Positions 23,396 through 34,059 of a stretch of 57,710 bases of DNA are shown here, one piece after another. Position numbers and translations under genes: made by a program. Below the pieces are notes generated by a model. The model did not search any database. It was not told the DNA's origin and was given only the letters and a program-made list of their open reading frames with translations. Source of the stretch: Dimargaris cristalligena (lineage: Eukaryota). The stretch's first letter is position 1; each line of letters begins with the position of its first letter. The stretch covers positions 1-57,710 of the forward strand of contig ML002251.1 of assembly GCA_003614675.1 (NCBI GenBank). Reading direction: 5' to 3'.

Positions 23396-24410
23396 TTTTA
23401 TTTATTTATTATAGTGGCGTTTGCTTATACATCCATCTCTATATAAACATTACCATGAACATGATAAAGACTACGCATATTGGCTCTCTCTAGAATTCGA
23501 AAATCGGCCGTGGGCAACACCAACTTAAATTGGCCACCACCATTTTTGAACTATCCTGATTCCCCGGGTTGAGCAATATATCGGGTATGTAAACTTGGGC
23601 TAACAAAGAAAAATCATAATAAAAGCACCACGTACTACCCCTTTGCCGCTTTTCTGATAAGTAGCGAAATAATACTATACTCCATGGTTATCCCCAATTT
23701 GAGTAGTCGTACGGTACTCGATATTTTTTTTGGTAAGGTCAAGACTACTTTTAATTTTCCGCCAGTTAATTTAATTATCCGTTTACTCGAGAAATCCGAC
23801 TTCCGATAACTGAATGCCACACACATAAATAGGAATAAGCCTAACCAATCAAGGATCTACTTGGAAATGGGGCAGTGTATTAAAAAAGATTAAAAAGGCA
23901 TTACCAGCTAAAGAATTGAATGCGGAAATTAGAGAAAAACAAGGAAATCAGATAAAAAATTATGACCAGACATATCATTATTGGCCTTGGGCCGAACTAA
24001 AAATTTAGGGAGGAGGGTGACCCGACGATGCAAGGTAGAAGGGGGTGGGTGTACATGCACGCACGCATACATATTTGCACCAACACAAACAACCGGGACA
24101 AGCATGACAAGACAACGACGAATAATACGAATAGTAAATAGAGGGAAAATGCGTGAAATAGAGGGTAGAATAAGGGGTGATGGAAAATGGCGATATCAAC
24201 TCAACCACCGGCATTCAAGAAGAAAATCCGAACAACACAATAAGTTTCCGGGATTATGGAGTTTAAAGTGAAGAACAGCCGAGTGATGGAGTGACCGAGA
24301 CCTTTACGGAATGATGGGCAGGTAGGTAAGAAGGGGGATATGCGTTAATCCGGGTTTTTACTATTGAGAAGAAAGAAGTAGGGAGGGGGGACGCAACATT
24401 AGTAGGCTGT

Positions 24411-25388
24411 TTACTGGAAAGGGGCGGCGGTCTTGCTCTTCTTGCACTTGCAGCGCTTCTTGCATTGACGAGTGGACTTCTTGCACTGACCCTTGGGAGG
24501 TGTCGTGGTAGTGGCTGGGGGAGTAACAGTATCGGTAGGGGTAGTGGTAGCGGCGGGCGGGGTGGCGACGTCGGTGTTAGCGGGGGCAGGGGTGGAGGTG
24601 GCGGCCACGGGAGTGGAGGAGGCGGGAGCGGCAGGGGTAGTAGAACCAGCGGGGGCAACGGGGGTGGTGATTTCGGCGACCGGCGCGGCAGCAGTAGTAG
24701 AAGTAGCTACAGCAGCGGGAGTGGAGCTGGCGGAAGCGACCGGGGCAGGGGTAGTGGTACCGGCGACGACGGGAGTGGAGGTCGAGGTGGTATTGACGGG
24801 CTGGGCAACCATCCGGTCCAATCCGGTGGCGCTCGCGGGAGCGGAAGCGCCCTTGGACTGTACCTTCAGGCCGTACTCGGTGTAGACGGAGCTACAGTCG
24901 GGGTAGTAAGCACCTTTGAGGTCACCGTCGTCCTTCTCGACCAGGAAAATGTTGGACCAGTAGTAGGGCTTACCACCGGTGTTACCGGAACCACACACCA
25001 TTTCGGCGTCGGTCATCATGGCTTCGTGGTGGGGTGGCGATTCGAACCACGCCTTGACCATCTCCTTGGCATTGTCGTATTGCTCACCGATGTTCTCCTT
25101 GCCGTTCTTCCACTCGGGCAAGTCCGTGGCGGACTGGAGACGGGCGAGGAGGCCGGGGGTACCGGTATCGTCACCTCCGTGGGTCATCCGACCCACCTTG
25201 GCTTGGACACCGGCTTGGTACTTCGAGACCGTGGAGATGCTCGGGTGGTACCGCAGCTCCGAACGTCCGTTCATGAGCCGGTAGGCGCTGTCATGACAAC
25301 ACACGGTGATGGGGTCCAGGTCGGAGTAGGCTTCGGTATTGCGGGCGGCCAACAAGGTACCAACTAAAGAGAGAGCAAACAACTTCAT
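24411..25388 (-). CDS. Secreted CAP/SCP-domain protein with Thr/Ala/Pro-rich stalk and Cys/Lys-rich tail
   Basis: Signal peptide MKLFALSLVGTLLAA; CAP motifs ENIG, MVKAWFESPPHHEAMM and YYWSNIF; TPAP-rich linker; tail CKKSTRQCKKRCKCKK. Confidence 0.85.
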   Translation of the reverse strand: MKLFALSLVGTLLAARNTEAYSDLDPITVCCHDSAYRLMNGRSELRYHPSISTVSKYQAGVQAKVGRMTHGGDDTGTPGLLARLQSATDLPEWKNGKENIGEQYDNAKEMVKAWFESPPHHEAMMTDAEMVCGSGNTGGKPYYWSNIFLVEKDDGDLKGAYYPDCSSVYTEYGLKVQSKGASAPASATGLDRMVAQPVNTTSTSTPVVAGTTTPAPVASASSTPAAVATSTTAAAPVAEITTPVAPAGSTTPAAPASSTPVAATSTPAPANTDVATPPAATTTPTDTVTPPATTTTPPKGQCKKSTRQCKKRCKCKKSKTAAPFQ

Positions 25389-28300
25389 CTTGTGTATATA
25401 TGTATATATCTGGGGTGACTATAAGGGGGGTGTAATGCCTGGAAAATGAAGGAGTCGTAAAAGAATTGTTCGTGGGTGACACAAAGTACTACACTACACT
25501 GCCGATAATAATAGAAAATATGAATGTATTAAGGGTTGGAATCGTAACGAAATGCCAGAGATAGTGGTTCAACACTAAATTAATACTCGTGATCGTGCGT
25601 CTTGGAGTATCGGTCTGTCGGGCTTGGACAGTTAAAGTGACTAGGGAGTGAATGGCGCGGAATAATAGTGTCAAACTAAGTATGGGCTTTTATCAACCGG
25701 GGATGCGAAAGCACAACGAGACGGTAATAGATAATGAGATATAAAATAGAATTGGAAGCAACTGAAGCTAATGGAGCAACAGGCACAAATCTGGGAAGGA
25801 GGAGGAAAGTAACGGGTGGTGGAAGAGGGGAGGGGGAGGATAGGCACAGCCTTATATTGTATCAAAATCCAAGGCTCTATCAAAGAGGATGGACAAGACG
25901 AATGGGAGACGAAGGGAGGAATGAAAGAAGGAAGGAGAGAGGTCGAGAGAAAGTGGGCAATCCGCTGGACAATGATGGACAACAACAGTCTATCACACAC
26001 GTAAATGGAAGTGAAGGCGGTGGTGGTCAAATAACTAATACACACGTTCACAAACTAGGTGAAGGGATAGAGAGGGGGGAATGGCAGTAGTAGCGGTAAA
26101 GACAACCGGACGAGGGGGAGGCAGCGAACAAGGTGGCCTATATAGTCGTATCCGCCCCGGCTGAATGAGGGAGGAGGGCACCGTGCTGGCTTGGGCAGAT
26201 CGGTCACTGTAGTGCGAATGAAACGGGGATGTGCAAAGGACTAGAAGGGGCGGGTGAAGAGAAGGGAATATAGGAGAGAGAGAGAGAGAGACAAGAGGGG
26301 GGCTCGGGTAGCGGAACGGGAACGGGGATGTACAAAGTGCTCTCGACAAGCCTCAGCCTGCTTGCCGCCCTCCTCCTTCCCGTGGGGGATACGACTATTG
26401 GCCCAGTAGCCGTCGCCCTATTTTCCAGCCCCCTCCCTTCTATCGCTCTCCTTGGGCCACCAATTTAATTGCCCTAATTAGGTGGCTGGCTAGGGGGACC
26501 CTCTCGCCAAATAGCACCACCCTCCCCCTTTAACCACGGGATCGCTGCACCGTACATTCGATCCGAACCCGCATCAATCTATGGCCATGGACTAGCTTAT
26601 CAACTACAGAAATCCCGGCGGAGTATTAATTCACAGCCCAGCCATCACCTCACATTCGACCGGCTGTGTACCACTGGATCTAGATAATTATGCAAGGGCA
26701 CCAAGTCTAGCGGCGGCGGCGGTCTGAACATTGGACCTTCCGCTCGGGAGTATGTCTGCAGGGGGTGGTGAAAGTGGGACTGCCTAGAGAAAGAGTCGGT
26801 CGGCTGAGCACCGCGGCGGAAAAGGGGGGGGGGGCGCTCCCCCAGCAGCACCATTAACTGATAGACATTGTTGGAACTGACTTCATCCCGTCCTAATCTT
26901 TGTTTAGTTCCTTCTATCCTAGCCACAAACCCCCCACTAGCGCCTATCCTAAACATCTCGGGCGTTGTTTTACGAATACTCTGAGTGACGGTATAAATAA
27001 AGAGATGGGAGGATGGGCAAACGCGGGAGTAACGCAGGACAAATGGTTGACAACCGTAGAATCATAAGGGTGCTCAACTACAACCTGATATTGGGTCACC
27101 AATCAACCAACTTGGCTAATACAGCTCTCCAAACATAATCCAGGAGATCATGCCTAATTACCAACATGGCCAATAGTCCACGGCAAGTGTTACCCCACCA
27201 ACATTCCGAGGAAAACGAACCCACCAGTTGGTATACTATAATAGCATTCGCTTCGTTGGCCAATTTCCGGCTAACCCCATCGCCGGCACTGTGACCATCA
27301 CTACCACCCATCGGCTTCACGAGCTCATGCCCAGTATGTGCATTTGTAAGAATTCTACGTAACATGTGAGCCTGCCAGATCAATACATTACCAAGGTTAC
27401 TCGTCTGCCCACCCCACCCCACCCCAATCCCATCAGTCATCGGAATTATAACTTCATTCGGTAGTGTCAAAACTCCCACAGCAGACGCCAGCTAGGCAAT
27501 GCTTCACAATAACATACCAGTAGCCCTTCTAAATGGTTAGTGGCGGCTCACACCCACTTCATTCAGCCATCTGGGGTGCAAGGTATTGGCTGTTTATCAA
27601 TACCATAGCTACCATCACAATGTACTTGGAGTGCCAGCTTGCACCTATAGTACAGTGAGAACTATGATCGTCAGCAAGCGATCGTCCGGGGGGGGAGAGG
27701 CAATCGCTCACGACTGACTTCACTCACAGGGCGAGCTGTTCATTGGCTTAGGCGGGTAATTGGATGGGAGCCATAGTAATCCATACAAGGCAATTGTGGG
27801 TGGTATGGGAGGGGGGATGATGATTACTTACACTACAACCGCAATATAGACTCTGTGTGCTCCATTTCCGCCCTGACTGCCCCTAACACACCCAATATAC
27901 GCTTCATGTCACCAACTAAAATACCGAATTTTACTTGACTGCTGGAGTATAGATAATGCCTTTTTCTCTTTGTAAAGCGGTGTACCGCCAAGTCCTACCC
28001 GGCTCCACGTTGCCCCTTTCGGAGGTTGCGCCTTATCCTCTGCTTCACAAGACCACGTAATGTTTTTAGTTGGGCATCAGCTCCTCTGCTTCGCTTTTCC
28101 CACTGCGCGGCTCTCTTCAGCGCTTAGTCATGGCGAGGATGTATTCCGGCTAATTCATTGGCCACGATTGGCCACATCCCCCTCCTAAAGATTTACTCCT
28201 TTAAATAGCAACTCATTGGCCATAGTAGACCAGCGGAAGCATTGGGTTCCCGCTTATTCAAACTCAGTTTTGGCGTATTGCCGCTGCCTTACCCCAATCC

Positions 28301-29622
28301 AGTTGGTATCAGCTGCTCAATTTCAATACTAACGGGTGAGAAAAATCCAGGCGAGCCTTGGTTCTTGTTGGGCGATGCTCACGTAGTGTTGCCGCTCCCC
28401 AAAACCCATATACCTATTGTTGTTCGCATCAAAAATATATATATATATACCCAAACACCCCCTTCCCCCCTATACAGCACCACAGCCTACGATTACCCCC
28501 GCTTGTATCTGCCAGTCAATGAATGACAAGATAGACCCATTTTCATGGAACCTTTCATTATTGGCGGTGGCCTTACAAAACCCGTATTTTGCACAGCGCA
28601 GGTCCTTCTGCCTGTGCAGCCTAACTTTTTGGCAATAAGTCAAATTCGACTAAAACTACCGCAACTGCTACCAGCAATCCTTGCCCCCATGGGCTCTTTC
28701 AATTTGGTATAGTGGCCATTAGGAAAAGGCCCAAAGTGGCATAGGCTATATTATTTATCCGAAATCAGCCGCAAGGCAGCCTCCGACTAAATAAGGGCTC
28801 TCATCAGACAATAGTCCAAGTGATAGGGATTTGTCAAGGCGTAAATCCAATCGGTGTTATACTCAGCGGTAGCTATCAATTTCTACATTAAAGCCGCCAT
28901 TAATCTAAACCTGGACTGGGATCTCTAAATCAAGGGGCCGAGAGCAAACGGGAAAGCGAGGGAGAGTGTGTATATATGTGGGTATGGGTGCGTAATAATA
29001 ATGTTAATGGTAGATATATTCAGCCGTGGTCCTCCGGGTTCCGGCCCCGCCCAGCCGCCCTTTTCCTGTCGGCTTCATGTAAGGGTGCGTGGTCTGGGCA
29101 CCCGCTGGTTATGCCATTACACCGTCTGGAACATCTAAGCCGACCCTTCCATCTAGCCCAGTCTGCGATTGTAGGCGTCCGCACCTAGACCCTGGGTTTT
29201 CTCTGTTCGGTGTTCATAATCCACCAAGTCCGTGGTCCCGATAGACGCCCGCCAATTCCGTGGAATATCTGGGAGAGGATCCTCCGGGTTCAGCTCTGCT
29301 ATCACCACCACCTATCGGATTTAGCAATACCAATTGCAAGATGGAGAGGGGATCCACGCCAAGCTATGATGAGCAGAATGGCTTAGGAATGTAGCGGTGT
29401 TGTACTTTGAAGGCAGCGGATCCCAACCGCCTGAACATCCGGCTCAACGATGGCCCCTACTGTTCACTAACTGGTATAGGGTGGCTCGTCTAGTTTACGT
29501 ATAGCAAGCAGCCCACTGGACTCCTAACACTCAACCACCGGTTACTCCGGCTATTCAAGAACCCACTCCATCACCCGTTTCAAGGCATTGGGCTCAGGTA
29601 CAATAAGAGAAAGGTCCAACTA

Positions 29623-30058
29623 GGCTGTATACCGAACTATCCGTTGGATGAGGTAATCGTTTCCGGTTAAAATGGAATCATTCGTCTAATCCCTCATACA
29701 CATATCATTTAAACCCTTATACAGCCAGGTCGAACCCCACCCATATTATTTCACGAGACCAACTCCATCTCCGAAAACTGGACCAAGGTGGCCTACAGCG
29801 CCACCGTGTGTGTGTGTGTGTGTGTGCGCTCACTCTGCTCTCGGTATTATCCCCCCTGCTCTAAGTCCATTTCACTATACCCCATTAGGCATCCATACCT
29901 TGCTTTCTGTAAGCCCATCGTTGATTGTTTGTCTGCGCATCCTTTCTTCAATATCGCCGTGTTATCAGGATTCGCCGCTTTCCATGGGTCACTCCTGATG
30001 GACCAACAAAGAATCAAGGGTTAGGGAACGCCGTTCCATATTCTTCGAGTGGGCTATA
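29623..30058 (+). mobile_element. MITE-like dispersed repeat, copy 2 (right end uncertain)
   Basis: TAGGCTGTATACCGAACTATCCGTTGGATGAGG...CATACACATATCATTTAAACCCTTATACA aligns with copy 1. The end TTCGAGTGGGCTATAGT resembles copy 1 TTCGGTTAAGCTATAGT. Confidence 0.55.
29806..29826. repeat. (GT)n microsatellite
   Basis: Read directly from the sequence. Confidence 0.9.
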
Positions 30059-30061
30059 GTG

Positions 30062-30083
30062 ATAATAATAATAATAATAATAA
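30062..30083. repeat. (ATA)n microsatellite
   Basis: Read directly from the sequence. Confidence 0.9.
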
Positions 30084-30282
30084 CAGTGGGCGGGTCTTCA
30101 CAGAGGGCATGAAGAAGAAGACGCTAGTCAGTTAAGTGGTCCTTAATCAATTACGCGGGCCGGCAAAATCACCCTGGTAAGCCGACCAACTGTATGCGTG
30201 CATACATGCATATAGGCATGGGTCTTGTAATCCCATTTCGGGCATTAAAGAGCCATTAGTGTAGAGGGTCAGGCCATCAGCT

Positions 30283-32587
30283 ATGTTGACTCCACTAGTC
30301 GCCATTTTACACTTCATTAATCATATACGTCACGTAAGTACGCCCGTATCGGTGATTGTCACTTCTTGTGCTATTTCATTCTAGACCGTCCGAACAATGT
30401 CCGCCCAAATCCATACATTTTGGCCTTGCCGACGTTGGAATGGCCGAACTCGGGCGAAGTCACAATCGCATGGCCTCGATGCCATTCAGCTAAGGGTCAC
30501 GGTTGAGCAAGACCCCTGCTTCTTGACTCCTATTGACTCGACTGGCACCGACCTCTGCTGGAACGGGGCGGCCCCGAGTGAAGGTCCCGAGTTCCCAAAG
30601 GGCTCGGCATTAGATAAGAGGGCCCATTCTGCCCCTCTAGCTGTTTCATCGACCCCATCTTCGGCTACCGCATTGCCCATCGGCTTATCCGCCTTTCCGG
30701 TACATCCATTCCCAGTGTACATTCAGTAAGTCAGTCAAGTCTCACTGCTATAAATCCGTCGGTCCCACACTGGGTACTTTAAGCCAGCCTGAATGTCCGT
30801 TATACCCCCTTCTGGACTGGCTGAATGACTGTATGAGATATCTATGGAGTATCCCTCCACCTACCTTTCGGTCAGAGTTTTATATTCACCATTACCCATG
30901 CTTTACCTCCCATCCCACTTCCTCACGCACCCGTAGCTCCCCGAGTGTACTCCAACTACTCCTTGAACAGCCCGATTTCCTTGCGGATTGGTATCGGGTA
31001 AGTACTGTTCCATAATGACGTCGTTGGACGCTCAGCCTAGCAAGAGTTGATGCTTACATATGGTGTCCCTGGTTTTTATGCGTTTGAAATGGGTAGGTTT
31101 GGGCCGAACTTGGATTTAAACTTCTCGAGCTAAACCCCGTAACCCCCTCCGAAGATCCGCGTAAGTATTGGAAAGATGCGCCAATGCGCTTAGTCAATAC
31201 TGTTTTAAAATGCCGCATCTAGAGAGCCCAGACAGCTGCGTAATAGCAGATAGTTACGACTATTCCTCAGCCGACCTGTATGTAAACTACCCGCGCAGCC
31301 ACAGCCACTGCAACCTACCACTAAATTATATATGTTCGTGCATCTACTTTAAATCTCCCACTTACAAGACTGCCGCTTAAGTTGCCTCTTCCCCACTCAT
31401 CTGCCTGATCGTATCAGGCGACATGTGCACCAGCTTGAAGCCCTGCATCTAGAGCTATTGGAACCACAGGGTGAGCATTTCAATGTATAAGGGGTATTAT
31501 TTATTTGGAACTCAGGTCGAATGATTCGAAAATCCTACATTATTTATCTTAGTACTCATACGTCTGCTTTTTATTTGCATTACCAGGTGGAATTGGAGAT
31601 GGACATTCTATATTTTCATACCTATCCGATGCAGGATCGGTCTGGCTATCTGTAGTACAATCTCTTCCTCGGAACCTCCCCACCTTATTTGCCAAGGATT
31701 TTTGGTCCAGGTATTTGAACTCGATATCTCTAGGCCGACCTTTTGAGGTACCGGTCCCTTTTCTCGAAACCCCTATTCGTCAGGGGTGGATCGGTATAAG
31801 TGGTTACACAGGATTTAACGACCTAAACAGGGACTAAATTAACACATTCCAGTCGGGTCTCCCTATCGTCTATGGCCCATCCGTAGGTTTACGTCGGCCG
31901 TGGGCGTTATCCCCAGCATCGCGGATAGCTTAACTAGATTCGCCCGACGGACGCAATCCCCAGCGGCCCAGAGCAGGGTACTGCCAGACCATCAGGTAAG
32001 GCTCGTAGCGTTCTGGGTATTTTTTTTACAAACCGTCGGTGCGACGTAATTTCTCAAGAGTGCTAAACGCGTGGTAAAACTGGATCCCTATCATCAGAAA
32101 CAGGACACATCGGTATTTAGTTCCAATCAGAATTTTATGTGTCAGAATTGATATCACCCTGTCTACCTTGTTTTTTTTTTACTTTGTAAAATCAACCAGG
32201 TCCTAACTCTGACTCTCGAGCGACAACTTGTTTACCGTCTAGCCGAAAAATATAGCGCGGTGGCCGGAAAGGTGGGTTAATTCGGTGGTCTTCTGGGAAA
32301 TAGGGGGCCACATACTGTCAACTGATTGCCGGCCTGACAGTCTAGTTAGACCACACTACTCCTTACCATACTTTAAGCGCATTTATTTGATACATTGGGC
32401 GTGTTTTTAATATATTGGGGCCAATTAATGCCGGACGACCAAACTCGGGGCTGACCAGAGGGCTCGGAAAGTAAAGCAGCCCATCCGACCGGTCCTCGTG
32501 GCTTGCGAGGATCCGGAAGAGCCGACACCCACTGATTGGGGAAGCAGCCAGGCCGGGGACACTGATGATATGGACTGGGATATCTAA
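30283..32587 (+). CDS. Multi-exon hypothetical protein, tentatively TopoVIB-like; exons 30283-30333, 30385-30725, 30937-30997, 31097-31160, 31271-31277, 31418-31470, 31587-31710, 31887-31995, 32200-32271, terminal exon uncertain (stop at 32280 or 32587)
   Basis: Nine consecutive GT-AG-bounded exons join with consistent phases and no stop: ...VYIHSPSVLQLLLEQPDFLADWYRVWAELGFKLLELNPVTPSEDPPDLRHVHQLEALHLELL...SVWLSVVQSLPRNLPTLFAKDFWSRFTSAVGVIPSIADSLTRFARRTQSP...LTLERQLVYRLAEKY. The gene is better supported than the family assignment. Confidence 0.6.
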
Positions 32588-34059
32588 CTAGAGAAGCAGG
32601 AGAGGGAATCCGTCTAAAATGTTCATCTTTGAAAAAAATAGCAGGCCAATACCCAAATTACCCCCTTACATTATCTGTTTACTATCGTCTACATAGCAAC
32701 AAGCAACCGCCTCGTTCTCTCTCTTTCCAAACTCGGCTCTTCTTCCAACAGTGGGAAACCCATACGAGGGGTATACATTGAATGTGCCTATATTTTTTCA
32801 GCCCCGCTTAATACTGTCGCAGCTTTCCATCTATAAATGGTGTATGGAAGTCTCCCCTGATGATAAAAAGATGCATCCGCGACCCATAGTCGCTGGGCTG
32901 GAATGTACCCCGTAGCAACCCCGTGTGGGTCGAAATCCCCTCCGTTTTGTCATGTGCGTTGATATAGGGGCAGTATCTATCGCGCGCAAGCCGACTAACG
33001 ACGAAGGTTACTTGGGGAAGTGTTGGCCACTGTTTATATCCGCCTTACCTGCCCATTGGTTTATTTTCGTGGACAATGGTATAGAAAGATTTTTTAAAAA
33101 AAAACCGCGAATGGTGGCGAACAGGAGGGGGGATTCCACACAACACACACACACACACCCCGCTAAACCAGCGGACTATATGTATGGGCAAATAGGTGGG
33201 GTGGTTATCTATCTATACCCACTGTCCTCTCCCCTTGCTATTCAATGGGCCAATCCGCTCCCATGGTTGGCAAACCTGCAGAACATGGACTTTAGAAAAC
33301 ATGTATCATTTAACAGAAAATCCTTTCTAAACCCTTGGCGGTATCCCTTTTCGCCTCTCTTTCCTTTTTCACTAGTAACTCTTACAGTATAGCTTTAGAA
33401 GCTTGTCAACCAGGCGCTAGAGTAAAACTCCCCTCCTTTCCGAAACCGAAGCCTTGCGTATGTGTGTAATATTTAGCCCGTTTTGCTTTCTCTCCCACTC
33501 CTTGGGGTTTTAGATTCGAACCTTGGGCGTGTTTTGTCTTTGTACAGACGTAGTTTGTTTTGCGATTGGCTTCTCTTCTTGGGCCTCGGTCAGTAGTCCA
33601 GTGCTTTTGTGTGTGTGTAACTTAGTGATTGGCGTTTGGCTCTACTTCTCTCTGTGTGTTCTTGCATTCTCGTGTATAGATTATCGACTTTCCGTTAAAT
33701 GTAGCCATAGCAATATCAATAGATAGATATATCTCTATATATGCACCAGCCCCCTCCTCTCTCCCCTTTCTGTAACCTTCCTGTTATTTGCCCCGGAAGC
33801 CTTTCCAACCGCTGGTTTTTAGCTTGCCCATAGGTGATAGCTAGTTTATCTGTATTTCTTCGTTCTTATTGGGTTTCGCGATTCATCCTGGCGTTGGCGT
33901 TCTCCTGACCTACAACGCATACACACTCCCCCTTGCTTTCATTCGCTTTATTTATTTTTGGTACTTGTTCTATAACCTGACGCTTCTTTTGTATTTCTGC
34001 AAACCCCACGCAGCATTTCCCGCTCCCACTTCCCTAATAGCCCACGCCGTTCTCCAGTG

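Noticed and set aside
24465-25367. 300-aa Gly-rich + strand ORF
   Set aside because: Antisense shadow of the CAP gene's T/A/P-rich codons.
27096-27479. 127-aa - strand ORF in the large intergenic region
   Set aside because: No ATG start, splice structure or recognisable domain.
29365-29435. ATGATGA...CTGA box C/D snoRNA-like spacing
   Set aside because: No convincing terminal stem or rRNA-complementary guide could be identified by eye.
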